Shown here piece by piece: positions 41,469-51,994 of a stretch of DNA of 64,000 bases. This DNA comes from Candidatus Pacearchaeota archaeon (GTDB lineage Archaea; Nanobdellota; Nanobdellia; Pacearchaeales; GW2011-AR1), in contig JAWCQE010000001.1 in NCBI GenBank assembly GCA_038869895.1, positions 121,879 to 185,878 of the forward strand, in the 5' to 3' direction. The notes beneath the pieces were generated by a model. That model ran no database searches. It was not told the DNA's origin and worked only from the letters and a program-made list of their open reading frames with translations. Each line of letters starts with the position of its first letter. Positions within the stretch are counted from its first letter, which is position 1. Made by a program: the position numbers and the translations under genes.

Positions 41469-41765
41469 TTATCCAAATAAAGACGACAAACCTTCTGCTG
41501 CCGCGGATGCTTCTTCTTTCTTTTCTTCTTTCTTTTGCTCTTCTTTTACAATTCCGCTACTTGCTTGTGGCGTTGGAGCAACTGCTAACATCGAAGATTT
41601 TTCAAGTTCTTCATCTATATTAATGTCTTTTAAACTGCTGACAAGGAGTTTCACTTTTCCCTCGTCAACTTTAACTTCAATTGATGAAATAACTTTTTTT
41701 AAATTCTCTTCATTTATTTCTTTTCCAAGTTTGTGCAGTAAAAGAGCTGCATATACATATTCCAT
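41469..41765 (-). CDS. rpl12: 50S ribosomal stalk protein P1 (L12)
   Basis: [25 protein letters not shown]... with an acidic C-terminal tail ending ...GLSSLFG. Confidence 0.85.
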   Translation of the reverse strand: MEYVYAALLLHKLGKEINEENLKKVISSIEVKVDEGKVKLLVSSLKDINIDEELEKSSMLAVAPTPQASSGIVKEEQKKEEKKEEASAAAEGLSSLFG

Positions 41766-42581
41766 TTATTTTTCCTCCCCGGAATTTATTTGACTATTTT
41801 TTAAAAATTTTTCTAATACTTCTTTGTGGTTTGCAGCTTTTCTTAATAAAAATGGGATAGTATCTTTTGATATATAGTTTATATTAACAGCAAGATTTTG
41901 AGCTTTAATATAATTTTCTCGTATTTCATTTAATAATTCTTCTTTGTCAATGGTTAATGTTGTATAAATTTTTCCTGATTTTACATCAAATCCTACTAAA
42001 GGGATAAATCCGACGCTAAAAGGATTAATATCCAGTTTTCCCAATACACTTGCTACATTTTCACTTATTAATTCTCCTTTTTTCACAATAGTTTTTGATT
42101 TCATTATTTCAATCTTTCCACTAGTAACTTTTACCTGCAATCCGAGATTTCCAAATTCACTTACTGCAGGGCCTGCTGGAATTTCAGTTACTCCTGCTTT
42201 AATTTCAATATCTTGATTCGATATTTGCCCTGCCTTTGCTTTTATAGGACTTTTATTTTTATTAATGATACTTGCAAGTTCAAATACATCAAGATCAGAT
42301 ATTAATATAGAACTATCTTCATTAAAATATTCTTTAATTTTTTTTATTTCATTATTATTAGATGCGTCTAATACCCTAAAAAAAGTTCTTTTTTTCAGAA
42401 TTTTTATTATTGATTTATCATTCAAAGATTTTTTTATTTTCTGAAAATTTTTTGCGGGCAACCCTTTAATAGATGCGATTAAAACAGAATTTTTTGAAGA
42501 GATAAGCTCTGCTAATTCTTTTACTTGTTTTAATTTGTAATCTGGAATTTTACGCTTTCTTTTTATCATTTTATATTTCAA
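41766..42581 (-). CDS. rpl10: 50S ribosomal stalk protein P0 (L10)
   Basis: P0-like N-terminus (RKIPDYKLKQVKELAELISSKNSVLIASIKGLPAKNFQKIKKSL). Sits between L1 and P1. Confidence 0.85.
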   Translation of the reverse strand: MKYKMIKRKRKIPDYKLKQVKELAELISSKNSVLIASIKGLPAKNFQKIKKSLNDKSIIKILKKRTFFRVLDASNNNEIKKIKEYFNEDSSILISDLDVFELASIINKNKSPIKAKAGQISNQDIEIKAGVTEIPAGPAVSEFGNLGLQVKVTSGKIEIMKSKTIVKKGELISENVASVLGKLDINPFSVGFIPLVGFDVKSGKIYTTLTIDKEELLNEIRENYIKAQNLAVNINYISKDTIPFLLRKAANHKEVLEKFLKNSQINSGEEK

Positions 42582-43194
42582 TTTTTATTGGTTTTCCCAT
42601 AGTTAATTTAACCATTATATTTTTTACATTCTCTTTCCCATTTGGAAGTTCATTTAAAATTGAAATATAAGCTGATTTAATGTTATCAATTATTTTTTGC
42701 CTCTCCATAGAATACTTTCCAATAGGTATTTTTACTGATGAATCTTTTGTATTTATCTTTATTGACCTATTTATTTTATCTAATATTTTCTTTATTTCAT
42801 CATCATTTTCATTTATTATTATTCCGAGTTTAGGAGAAGGCATCTTTCCTGCAGGGCCTAGGACTCTACCAAAAGTTGTTGCAACAGAAGTCATATTCTT
42901 TTCTGAAGCAATAAAAAAATCATAGTTTTTTACAAGATTTTTTAAATCTTTCTTGTCCTTATATTTTTGAAAAGCGGCTTTAGGTATTGTATCAACAATA
43001 TTACTTTGAGAATCTATAAATGCACATATTTTTTTATCTTTTATTTTATGGGGGAGGATTATAAAGACATTTATAGAATTCTTTTTTAAATCAAATTTCT
43101 TTAAATTTACAATTAATTCAATCGTCTGATCAAATTTTCTCTTTTTTTCTTTACTGAAAAATTCAAAAGCCTGTTCTAACTTCATAACTTCCAT
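42571..43194 (-). CDS. rpl1: 50S ribosomal protein L1
   Basis: L1 fold motifs (FDQTIELIVNLKKFDLKK...GRVLGPAGKMPSPK). Part of the L1-P0-P1 operon. Confidence 0.85.
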   Translation of the reverse strand: MEVMKLEQAFEFFSKEKKRKFDQTIELIVNLKKFDLKKNSINVFIILPHKIKDKKICAFIDSQSNIVDTIPKAAFQKYKDKKDLKNLVKNYDFFIASEKNMTSVATTFGRVLGPAGKMPSPKLGIIINENDDEIKKILDKINRSIKINTKDSSVKIPIGKYSMERQKIIDNIKSAYISILNELPNGKENVKNIMVKLTMGKPIKIEI

Positions 43195-43499
43195 TTTAAA
43201 TGTTTACCAAACTTTTATCTCCTACCTATGCATCCAACACTTACAGAATTTTTTTTAATTCAAATGTGAATGATGTAGTCCGACATTTTATTCCAATATC
43301 CTAACTTTATAAACCTTTCTTGGATTGTATTAATTAATAAAATTATGCATTTTTTGAGTTATTAACCAGTTTAAAATTTAATGTATTTCATATTATAAAA
43401 ATATTATTTTTATGAAATTTTTTTCAAATCCGAAAATATATCTAATAGAATGATTAACTATTAGTAAACACCACTTTCTTATCAAATTTTATATCGTTT

Positions 43500-43946
43500 T
43501 TATCTTTCAAGTTCTTTTAAATATTCTTTTATTCTTTCAATATTTGGTTGTATAATAAATTTCTCAATTTTATCGTTGAATATTTTGTCCAATGATTCGA
43601 ATTCATTTAAATTATAAAGGTTATTGTTTTTTTCAACTATCATTAAATCTCTTAATCTTTTTAACTGCCTCCTTATATTACTTTCTGCAAGTCCTTTAAG
43701 TTCAAGCTTATAATTTTTTCTTAATTCTTCAACTTTAACCCTTATTTCATTTGAGTCAATTTTTTTCTTTTCTTTTTTCTGTTCAATTAAAATATATAAT
43801 ATATCAACGATAGTGTCTCTTGAATCTCCTGGTTGAAGTAATCCAATTGAAAGGCAGATTTTCTTTACTAAATCTCTTTTTTCAAGATTGTATGGTTTTT
43901 CATATTTCCTCAATATGATTTCATTTATGGGAATATCTTTAAACAT
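43500..43946 (-). CDS. Hypothetical winged-helix-like protein
   Basis: 148 aa, charged, with possible wHTH ...DLVKKICLSIGLLQPGDSRDTIVDILYILIEQ.... No firm motif. Confidence 0.3.
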   Translation of the reverse strand: MFKDIPINEIILRKYEKPYNLEKRDLVKKICLSIGLLQPGDSRDTIVDILYILIEQKKEKKKIDSNEIRVKVEELRKNYKLELKGLAESNIRRQLKRLRDLMIVEKNNNLYNLNEFESLDKIFNDKIEKFIIQPNIERIKEYLKELER

Positions 43947-43998
43947 TTTATTATTTTTAGATATAAATACTTATAAACATAGCGATATTTCATAAATT

Positions 43999-44349
43999 AT
44001 GGAATTAGTTGCTTTGTTAAGTTCAGGTAAAGGGACATGGGGACAAGTGTCTGGACTGATTAAACGTGGAGAGTGGGATAAAATAATTATCCTTGGCAAT
44101 GATTTTGCGAAGAATTTTTCATGCGAAAAGAAATTCGAATTTATTAATTTAAATCTTGATAAGAAAATAATTGAGTTGAAGAAGGAAATTTTTGATAAAT
44201 TGAGAGGAAAACTTGATGGAACAGAAGTTGCGTTGACAATTGCATCTGGAAATGGAAAAGAACATATGGCGATTATTTCTGCCTTACTTTCTTTGCCTGT
44301 GGGAGTAAGATTTGTTGTGTTAACAAAAGAAGGAATAATTTATTTGTAA
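43999..44349 (+). CDS. Hypothetical protein
   Basis: 116-aa ORF with no recognisable motif. Confidence 0.3.
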   Translation: MELVALLSSGKGTWGQVSGLIKRGEWDKIIILGNDFAKNFSCEKKFEFINLNLDKKIIELKKEIFDKLRGKLDGTEVALTIASGNGKEHMAIISALLSLPVGVRFVVLTKEGIIYL

Positions 44350-44621
44350 AAAATAAAAAAGAAATAGACCCAATATCAAAAATAAAAAATAATTTATTTT
44401 AAGAAGATTTATCTTCTTTTTTTCTTTGCTGCCTTTTTTTTTGCCATTTTCAAAAACCTCTTTTTAAATTAATTATATTTAATAACGAATTATTATTTAA
44501 ATATCTTTCTATATTAAAAGATTTTTTTCTTAAGGTAATCTTTTTCGTCGATAAAATTTAAAAATTAATTAATAAAAAATAATTTTTTCTACAATTTTTT
44601 AGTAGATTTTATTAAAAACTT

Positions 44622-46043
44622 TTAAAGTGCAATTATCCAACTTAATAAAAGTGCAAAGAGTATGAACAATAATATTATAACTATCCATTTATAAACTGCT
44701 TTTGATATTTTTTCTGATTTCGTCAAGCTTAAAATTGCAAGATAAAAAAATCTCCCTCCATCTAAAATTCCGACTGGAAGCATATTGAATAAAGCAACAA
44801 AAAAATTTATTACTACTATCCACCAAATTAGATAATATATAAAGACGAGAAAATTATTTTTTTCACTATAATATATCGCAGGTTCTTTGAAGAAAAGGGT
44901 ATTTGAAACAATTCTTCTAAATCCCTTAGAATCTACGGCATTTATATTTATTCCAAGGAAAGCTTTTTCTTTATTTATTGGATTTTCTACTAATATAATT
45001 TCATATGTATTTACTTTATTTTTTTCTATAGTTTCTATTATTATATTATCTCCTGGTTTTTTTACGGATAAAATTAAATTCAAATCTTCAATTGATTTTA
45101 TTTTATTGCCGTCGATTTTTGAAATTGCCCCACTGAGGTTATTTTTTAATGCAGGAGAATCAAAATAGAGTCTTAAAATACCTAGGTTATTTTGTTCATT
45201 GTATTTAATTTGCTCCCGCAGAATTTTTGGAGGGATTAAATAATTTTTATCATTTGAATTTATACTTACAAAATTTTCGTTGTCATCAAATATAAAGTTT
45301 CCATCAAATTCTATACCATTGATGCTTTTTATCTCATTTATTGGAACTAAAGACGAAGCGTATGAATATATTATGATACCAGAAGGTTCAAAGGCAAAAA
45401 CGAACACGCCCCATAAAAAAAGAAAAAAAATTCCAGCAGTTATTATATTTGCAAAAACTCCTGCTGAGAGTATCGACATTTGTTCAAAATTTTTTTTCTT
45501 TGCCATTTTTATTTCATCCGGTTCAACGAATGCGCCGAGAATAGGACCTAAAAATGCAAAACCTGTACTTTTTATTTTTACATTATGGTATTTAGCAAAA
45601 ATTCCGTGTGAAAATTCATGAACTACTGCCACTACTAATATTGCTATTATCCAATATGTGAAATATAATGGAGGGAAAAAACTTTGCAATCCAAATATCG
45701 ATGGAAAATATGGTATTAAGGGAAGTAGTGGAGGTGCTTTTACAATATCTGTTATTTGTGGAAATTTTACATATGTATATAAAGTCATAAGAAATAAGAA
45801 TAAAATTGAAATCATAAGTATAAATCCTGTTGCTACTGAGAGATATTTAGAAATTTTTATTGTCTTTCTATATTTTTTCCCGACGTAATTAATAAATTTT
45901 ATCCCAAGTTTTGTCCTATATAGGTAGATTATTCCTTCTCTTTTTAAATTATGCTTTCTCGTATAAAGAAACCAGATAACCCAGATTGTAAATATTATGA
46001 GAAACAAAATATCATAGAATAAAAAATTATTTAAAATACTCAT
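44622..46043 (-). CDS. Site-2 protease family (M50) intramembrane zinc metalloprotease with a PDZ domain
   Basis: HEFSHGIFAK (HExxH) in a TM helix, the C-terminal ...NMLPVGILDGGRFFY LDG motif, and a PDZ-like soluble middle region. Confidence 0.8.
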   Translation of the reverse strand: MSILNNFLFYDILFLIIFTIWVIWFLYTRKHNLKREGIIYLYRTKLGIKFINYVGKKYRKTIKISKYLSVATGFILMISILFLFLMTLYTYVKFPQITDIVKAPPLLPLIPYFPSIFGLQSFFPPLYFTYWIIAILVVAVVHEFSHGIFAKYHNVKIKSTGFAFLGPILGAFVEPDEIKMAKKKNFEQMSILSAGVFANIITAGIFFLFLWGVFVFAFEPSGIIIYSYASSLVPINEIKSINGIEFDGNFIFDDNENFVSINSNDKNYLIPPKILREQIKYNEQNNLGILRLYFDSPALKNNLSGAISKIDGNKIKSIEDLNLILSVKKPGDNIIIETIEKNKVNTYEIILVENPINKEKAFLGININAVDSKGFRRIVSNTLFFKEPAIYYSEKNNFLVFIYYLIWWIVVINFFVALFNMLPVGILDGGRFFYLAILSLTKSEKISKAVYKWIVIILLFILFALLLSWIIAL

Positions 46044-46044
46044 T

Positions 46045-46206
46045 TTAGTGCTTTTTCATTGCTCTGAATGCTTTTCCAGAACATCTCCTGCATTTAATTT
46101 TACCACTAAGTATTTTTTTTGAATCTAATCTAACCTTTAATCCACATTTTTTACATAAAAATACATTCTTAAACAATCTTTGCTGGGCCGCCATTAGTTT
46201 TGCCAT
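46045..46206 (-). CDS. rpl40e: 50S ribosomal protein L40e; not in the supplied ORF track
   Basis: Manual translation gives MAKLMAAQQRLFKNVFLCKKCGLKVRLDSKKILSGKIKCRRCSGKAFRAMKKH, the C4 zinc-ribbon L40e pattern (QQRxF...CxKC...CRRC). Its stop is 1 nt from the S2P start and its start overlaps the aIF5A stop (TAATG). Confidence 0.6.
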   Translation of the reverse strand: MAKLMAAQQRLFKNVFLCKKCGLKVRLDSKKILSGKIKCRRCSGKAFRAMKKH

Positions 46207-46595
46207 TATAATCTTCTCTTTATTATTTTTTTACCATCTATTTCCCAGTATTCGATTTCATCTCCTTCATTTATTCCTTCTTCAATTTCACTATCTAATG
46301 TTAAGTCGAAATTCTCGTAGCTCTCTATGTCCATTACATTTATATCATTGTTTTTTATCGAAAGAACTTGAGCTTTTCTTTTGTTGATTAACGGAACTTC
46401 AAACCTTTCATGTCCGGGTCTTGCAATGACTCTTTTTTTTCCATCTATAATTCCTGTGGCTTCTATTCTTGCTTTTGCATGTCCATGTTTTCCAGTCTTG
46501 CTTATATCAATACTTTTGACAATGCATGGCTCTCCGTCAATAATTATGGCGCTTCCACTTCTTACACTAGTTGCATCAATAATTTTATAAGCCAT
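46206..46595 (-). CDS. eif5a: Translation initiation factor 5A (aIF5A)
   Basis: Hypusine loop SKTGKHGHAKARI. The start is set at the internal MAYKIIDA rather than the longer ORF-track start at 46655. Confidence 0.85.
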   Translation of the reverse strand: MAYKIIDATSVRSGSAIIIDGEPCIVKSIDISKTGKHGHAKARIEATGIIDGKKRVIARPGHERFEVPLINKRKAQVLSIKNNDINVMDIESYENFDLTLDSEIEEGINEGDEIEYWEIDGKKIIKRRL

Positions 46596-46645
46596 GATAG
46601 TTTTGGGAAAAATATATTTATAAATATTGCCTTTCATAATGAAAA

Positions 46646-47290
46646 ATGGAAACAATAAAAAAAGATGATTTTGTTGAAATTAAATTCACTGGAAGAGTTA
46701 GAGATAGTGAAATATTTGACACAAATATAGAAGAAGATGCTGAAAAAATTGGACTTAAAATAGAAAAAAAACCATTTATAATATGCATAGGACAGAGAAT
46801 GGTTATTGAAGGACTTGATAAAGAACTCGATGGAAAAGAAATAGGAAAAAAATATAATGTAATATTAACTCCGAAGGAATCTTTTGGCGAAAGAAGAAGA
46901 GAATTAATTAATTTAATCCCAATGAAAGCATTTGCTGAAAAGAATGTTTTTCCAAAACCTGGAATGACACTTACTTTAGATAATCATTTAGTACGTATTG
47001 TGAGCGTTTCTGGTGGGAGGGTTTTAGTAGATTTTAATAATCCTTTAGCTGGAAAAGAAATTGTTTATGATTTTATAATTAAAAGGAAAATTGATAACTT
47101 AAATGAGAAAATAGATTCTTTGCTTAATTATTTTATATATAAAAATTTTATGAAGGAGAAGATTGATTTTAAATTAATTGATGGAAAAGTAGTTTTTGAG
47201 ACAGATAAATTTTTCACTCCATTGATAGAAATGATTGGAAAAAAATTTAGTGATATCCTTGGAGTAGAATTTTCAATTACAGAGATTTAA
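46646..47290 (+). CDS. FKBP-type peptidyl-prolyl cis-trans isomerase (long-type archaeal FKBP/SlyD-like)
   Basis: ...DDFVEIKFTGRVRDSEIFDTN... is an FKBP fold pattern, with an insert-in-flap region and a C-terminal domain. Confidence 0.75.
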   Translation: METIKKDDFVEIKFTGRVRDSEIFDTNIEEDAEKIGLKIEKKPFIICIGQRMVIEGLDKELDGKEIGKKYNVILTPKESFGERRRELINLIPMKAFAEKNVFPKPGMTLTLDNHLVRIVSVSGGRVLVDFNNPLAGKEIVYDFIIKRKIDNLNEKIDSLLNYFIYKNFMKEKIDFKLIDGKVVFETDKFFTPLIEMIGKKFSDILGVEFSITEI

Positions 47291-47364
47291 GAAACTGAAA
47301 AACCTGTGAAAAGTCTTTGAAATTTAACCACAATAAACCTTATAAATTAATCGCTTTTAACTAA

Positions 47365-48495
47365 ATGATGGATGAAGAAAAAGAGGAATTATCCTACTCT
47401 AGCAAAGGTTTCCAGCATTATTCTTCAAGTAACGAAGAACTTGCTTCAATTGATAGGGAATTAGAAGAACTTATTAAAAAACAAAATGCAAAAATTAAAG
47501 TTGTCGGTATAGGTGGTGGCGGGAATAATACTTTGAGTAGGATATATGAGATAGGTGTAAAAGGAGGAGAGATGATAGCGATGAATACAGACGCTCAAGA
47601 TTTGCTTTATACTAACTCTGATAAAAAAATTCTTTTAGGGAGAGAGTTAACGCGGGGATTAGGGGCCGGAAGCAATCCACAAATAGGAGAAGAAGCTGCA
47701 AAAGAAACGGAACATGAAATAAAAAAGAAACTTGAAGGGGCAGATATGGTTTTTATAACCTGTGGATTGGGGGGGGGAACAGGAACTGGTGCTGCGCCGA
47801 TAGTTGCTGATATAGCTAAAAAACAAGGTTCTCTCGTTATAGGAGTTGTTACAATGCCATTTACAATTGAAGGAGAAAAGAGAATAGAAAATGCGCTAAT
47901 GGGCCTTGAAAAACTTGAGAATATTGTTGATACATTAATAGTAATTCCAAATGATAAACTTCTCGAAATAGTGCCAGATCTTCCACTTCAGACTGCATTT
48001 AAAGTTGCAGATGAGATTCTTACAAATGCGGTTAAAGGAATAGCTGAGATGGTTACAAAAGCGGGATTAGTCAATCTTGATTTTGCTGATATTAAAACAA
48101 TAATGTCAAATGGAGGAGTTTCATTAATAGGAGTCGGTGAGTCAGATTCAGAGAGGAGAGCATTTGAGGCTGTTGACAAAGCACTTAATAATCCTTTACT
48201 TGATGTTGATATTTCAAATTCAAAAGGAGCCCTTGTAAATATCGTCGGAGGGCCTGACTTGAGTTTAGAAGAATCAAAAATTGTTATGGAAGAAGTTGGA
48301 AAAAATTTGGGGGACAATGCAAGAATGATTTGGGGGGCCCAAATATCTCAGGATATGGAAAAGACTGTAAGAGTGACAGTTATAATAACAGGAGTAAAAA
48401 GTCCGCAGATTTTGGGATATAGACGCGAAACTACAAAAGAAGAACGTATGAAATCAGAACTTTCAAATGAACTCGGCATTAAATTTCTTAAGTGA
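47365..48495 (+). CDS. ftsZ: Cell division GTPase FtsZ
   Basis: Tubulin signature [19 protein letters not shown], the T7 loop and the overall length all fit. Confidence 0.9.
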   Translation: MMDEEKEELSYSSKGFQHYSSSNEELASIDRELEELIKKQNAKIKVVGIGGGGNNTLSRIYEIGVKGGEMIAMNTDAQDLLYTNSDKKILLGRELTRGLGAGSNPQIGEEAAKETEHEIKKKLEGADMVFITCGLGGGTGTGAAPIVADIAKKQGSLVIGVVTMPFTIEGEKRIENALMGLEKLENIVDTLIVIPNDKLLEIVPDLPLQTAFKVADEILTNAVKGIAEMVTKAGLVNLDFADIKTIMSNGGVSLIGVGESDSERRAFEAVDKALNNPLLDVDISNSKGALVNIVGGPDLSLEESKIVMEEVGKNLGDNARMIWGAQISQDMEKTVRVTVIITGVKSPQILGYRRETTKEERMKSELSNELGIKFLK

Positions 48496-48692
48496 TTTAA
48501 ATAGATAATTTATTCATATTTTTTATTTTATTATAGGTTAATATATTTGTAATTAATTAAGAATGCAAAAATGGGTGTAATTTACTTATTATATTAATAT
48601 TAAAATTAACAATAGTTTGTATCGTAGGTTGTTTATGATAATATCATCCAAAATTTAAAAATCTTTAAATACTCCTCATGATTTAATTTTTC

Positions 48693-48869
48693 ATGACATT
48701 TGATTTCAAATCATTTTTCAATAAATGCATCAGAGTATGGCACCTTTTGAAAAAACCCACAAGAGAAGAATTTATTTTAATAGCCAAAATTTCAGCAGTT
48801 GGCATAGTAATCATGGGGTTGGCAGGATTTTTAATTTCAACTGTAGTAAGATCAATCCTTCCAAGATAA
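48693..48869 (+). CDS. secE: Protein translocase subunit SecE/Sec61-gamma; not in the supplied ORF track
   Basis: Manual translation gives ...KKPTREEFILIAKISAVGIVIMGLAGFLISTVVRSILPR, the conserved SecE C-terminal TM clamp. It is upstream of spt5-rpl11 as in the conserved secE-spt5-L11 cluster. The precise start is uncertain. Confidence 0.6.
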   Translation: MTFDFKSFFNKCIRVWHLLKKPTREEFILIAKISAVGIVIMGLAGFLISTVVRSILPR

Positions 48870-49037
48870 CATTAATTTATTATATTAATGAGTTGTTTTA
48901 ACCAATAATAAGTTATTGATTCTCCAAATAAATAATTTTTTTTACAATGTTCACCAAAAGTTTAATAAATACTACTAAACATTTAAAAATACTACTTCTA
49001 ATCTATTGGAAGTAGAGATAGATTTACTGGAGTTTAA

Positions 49038-49508
49038 ATGATTTTTGTTGTTAAAGTAACCACAAACAAAGAAGATAAAATAGTTGAAATGATAGCTTCG
49101 CAAGTTATGAAGAAGAGGCTTTATGTTTATGCAGTTGTTAGGCCAAAGGGACTTAGAGGATATGTATTACTTGAAGCAAGAGATAGGGATAGTGCAGAAG
49201 AAGCATGCTTTAATCTCCCTTATGTAAAGGGAATTATAGGGAAAACAGTCGAATATGATGAGATAAAAAATATGGTTGAGCCAAAAATAAGCGTAATTAA
49301 TATTGAGAAAGAAGATATTGTTGAAATTTTGTCAGACCCCTTTAAAAAAGAGAAAGCCAAAGTTGTTAGGATTGATAAACAGAAGGGAGAAGTAGTGGTA
49401 AGTCTTCTCGGAGCTGTTGTACAAATTCCTTTAACCCTCCCAATAGAGAATGTGAAAGTAATAAGAAGAAACATTGATAAAGCAGAGGAGATAAAAAATG
49501 ATAGTTAA
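49038..49508 (+). CDS. spt5: Transcription elongation factor Spt5 (NusG homolog)
   Basis: NGN domain MIFVVKVTTNKEDKIVEMIASQ... plus the KOW motif GEVVVSLLGAVVQIPL. Confidence 0.85.
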   Translation: MIFVVKVTTNKEDKIVEMIASQVMKKRLYVYAVVRPKGLRGYVLLEARDRDSAEEACFNLPYVKGIIGKTVEYDEIKNMVEPKISVINIEKEDIVEILSDPFKKEKAKVVRIDKQKGEVVVSLLGAVVQIPLTLPIENVKVIRRNIDKAEEIKNDS

Positions 49509-50169
49509 ACTTCTTATAGAAGGGGGAAATATGGCTCCCTCTCCTGTAATTGCACAGCAATTAGGTCCTATTGGAATAAATATCGGACAATTAATTTCAA
49601 AAGTTAATGAGGCTACAAAGGAGTTTAAGGGAATTAAAGTTCCAGTTGAATTAGATATTGATCCAGGAAAGAAAAATTTTACTATAAATATTAAATCCCC
49701 TCCTGTTGCAGAATTAATTAAAAAAGAGTTGGGTTTGGAAAAAGGTTCTGGAGACCATAAAAATCTTAAGGTAGGCAATATTGCTATTGAACAAATTATT
49801 AAAATAGCAAAAATGAAGCTTCCTGAAATGCTTGAAAGAGATTTGAAGGCAATGGTTAAAACAATTGTAGGGTGTTGTGTAAGTTTAGGAGTTTTAATTG
49901 ACAATAAAAATCCTATTGATGTTGAAAGAGAAATTTCAGAAGGCAGATATGATAGAGAAATAAAGAGTGAAAAGACAGAAGTGGATGATAAAAAGAAGAA
50001 AGAACTTGATAGATTCTTTTCTGATATAAAAAGAAAGCAAGATGCCAGACTAAAAGCTGAAGAAGAGGCGAAAGCGGCTAAAGAATCTAAAGAGACTACT
50101 ACAAAAGTAGAAAAAGATAATATGGATAAAACAAAAGTAAAGACAATAACAGAAACAAAGAAAAAATAG
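49498..50169 (+). CDS. rpl11: 50S ribosomal protein L11 with a ~60-aa Lys/Glu-rich C-terminal extension
   Basis: MIVKLLIEGGNMAPSPVIAQQLGPIGINIGQL is the L11 N-terminal domain. The charged low-complexity tail KKKKELDRFF...KAEEEAKAAKESK... is unusual for L11. Confidence 0.85.
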   Translation: MIVKLLIEGGNMAPSPVIAQQLGPIGINIGQLISKVNEATKEFKGIKVPVELDIDPGKKNFTINIKSPPVAELIKKELGLEKGSGDHKNLKVGNIAIEQIIKIAKMKLPEMLERDLKAMVKTIVGCCVSLGVLIDNKNPIDVEREISEGRYDREIKSEKTEVDDKKKKELDRFFSDIKRKQDARLKAEEEAKAAKESKETTTKVEKDNMDKTKVKTITETKKK

Positions 50170-50338
50170 ATTTTTTACAATATTTTATCTAACGGAAATA
50201 AATTTGTTAAATAAGAATTGACAGATTAATTTAAAATAATTTATGTGGGGGAATTACTTTTGATAATTTGTAATTAAATCCATTAAATCCTACAGCAAGA
50301 TTTATTAATGAAATAAAATCATAGAAATTATATATTTG

Positions 50339-50412
50339 GGGCCATGGGCTAGTCTGGTTATGCTTCGAGGTTTGGGACTTCGCGACCCCGGTTCAAATCC
50401 GGGTGGCCCCAT
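50339..50412 (+). tRNA. tRNA-Pro (anticodon TGG)
   Basis: Manual fold. Acceptor GGGGCCA/TGGCCCC, anticodon stem CGAGG/CTTCG (one G-U) with loop TTTGGGA, T arm CCCGG-TTCAAAT-CCGGG, discriminator A. The D stem is imperfect. Confidence 0.7.
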
Positions 50413-50440
50413 TTTCAGAGCCAATCATTTAAAAAATTTA

Positions 50441-50989
50441 TTAGTTAATAGATTTTCTTTTTTCAAGTATTTTTTTTAACTTCAACCATTTATCTTTGCT
50501 TACAATATATCCTATACAATTTTCAGCTTTGCAATAGCATGGGTGTTTCTCAAAATCATCAATATTATATCCATAGTCATAACTTAATTCTTCGCCATTT
50601 TTTATATTCCTTAGTGATTTAATCCAGATTTTTCCGTTAATAATTTCTGCTTCGCAGTTTGGATTGCATGAATGATTTATAAATCTGGCAGAGTTATATG
50701 GAACATTGCCATCTATATCATATTTTTTATTAAGTTCAAAAATATAAACCGCCCCTTTATTTTTATCAGATTTATTTTTTTTAAAATCCCTTTTTGCGAT
50801 TTTTTCAGACGCTTTTTTTGTAATTTTTCTGCCGATATATTCTATAATTTTCGTTCCTTTTGGAATGTCTTTAACTGCAAAAACTCCAAAATTATGTATG
50901 GAAGAATTTTTTATTTCAATAAATTCATTTGTTGTTCGAATTTCTTTATTTTTAATCTCGTTATTTTTTTGTATATTTATTTGTTTCAT
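50441..50989 (-). CDS. SET-domain protein lysine methyltransferase
   Basis: NHSCNPNCEAEII...ELSYDY plus the post-SET Cys cluster CYCKAENC. Confidence 0.75.
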   Translation of the reverse strand: MKQINIQKNNEIKNKEIRTTNEFIEIKNSSIHNFGVFAVKDIPKGTKIIEYIGRKITKKASEKIAKRDFKKNKSDKNKGAVYIFELNKKYDIDGNVPYNSARFINHSCNPNCEAEIINGKIWIKSLRNIKNGEELSYDYGYNIDDFEKHPCYCKAENCIGYIVSKDKWLKLKKILEKRKSIN

Positions 50990-51070
50990 ATTTAAATTTA
51001 AAAAATTTTATTATTAATCAGAAATTTTTTATTTAAAAAGTTTTATAAATATTCTATAAATATTTAATTT

Positions 51071-51994
51071 ATGAATAAAGTTCATATTTTGCTGTTTTAT
51101 AAGTTTGTAGATATAAAATATCCCGAAACATTTAGAAAAAGACATTTAAAATTACTAAATATCCTTGGTGTTAAAGGAAGGGTTCTAATCGCTAAAGAAG
51201 GGATAAATGGAAGCATTTCTGGGAGCAGGGAACAGATTGAAAAATACAAAGAAGAATTAAAAAAGGATAAAAGATTTGAAGATATAACTTTTAAGGAAGA
51301 AGTAGGATTAGAACATCCTTTTAGAAGAACGAAAGTCTTAGTAAGGAAGGAAATTGTTGCAATAGGAAAAAAAATTGATTTGAACAATAAGGCTCCTTAT
51401 ATTTCTGCAGAGGAACTTAAACAATTATATGGTTCTGGCGCGGACTTTGTAATTTTAGATGCAAGGAATTATTATGAATATGAAGTTGGTAAATTTGAAA
51501 GTGCAATTCACCTTAATATTAAAACATTTCGCGAATTTCCACAAGCTATTAGAAAAATTGAAAATTTAAAAGATAAAAAAATAATAACTTATTGCACAGG
51601 CGGTATTAGATGCGAGAAAGCCAGTGCTGTTTTAAAATTGAATGGTTTTAAAGAGGTTTATCAATTGAAGGACGGGATAATTAACTTTGCACAAAAATTT
51701 CCAAATACCTATTGGGTAGGGAAATGTTTCGTTTTTGATAAGAGGCTCGTGAGTGATGTCAATAATACTGGGGAGACGATAAGTAATTGTCTTACTTGCA
51801 ATGTTTCAAGTGATTTATATAGAAACTGCAGAAATATTCATTGTGACAGACTATTTATTCAGTGCAAAAAATGTCAAGAAAGTTTTAGTGGTTGTTGTTC
51901 AAAAGAATGTCTTGAAGTATTTAAAATCCAATGCTTAGTTAAAAGTATTAAGAATCAAGGAAGAAAAATAAAGGAGAATGAAACATTAGAATAA
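51071..51994 (+). CDS. trhO: Rhodanese-domain protein of the UPF0176/TrhO family (tRNA U34 hydroxylase-like) with a C-terminal Cys-rich extension
   Basis: N-terminal ...GVKGRVLIAKEGINGSISG..., a rhodanese active-site loop YCTGGIRCEKAS, and a C-terminal cluster CLTCN...CRNIHCDR...CKKCQESFSGCCSKEC. Confidence 0.7.
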   Translation: MNKVHILLFYKFVDIKYPETFRKRHLKLLNILGVKGRVLIAKEGINGSISGSREQIEKYKEELKKDKRFEDITFKEEVGLEHPFRRTKVLVRKEIVAIGKKIDLNNKAPYISAEELKQLYGSGADFVILDARNYYEYEVGKFESAIHLNIKTFREFPQAIRKIENLKDKKIITYCTGGIRCEKASAVLKLNGFKEVYQLKDGIINFAQKFPNTYWVGKCFVFDKRLVSDVNNTGETISNCLTCNVSSDLYRNCRNIHCDRLFIQCKKCQESFSGCCSKECLEVFKIQCLVKSIKNQGRKIKENETLE

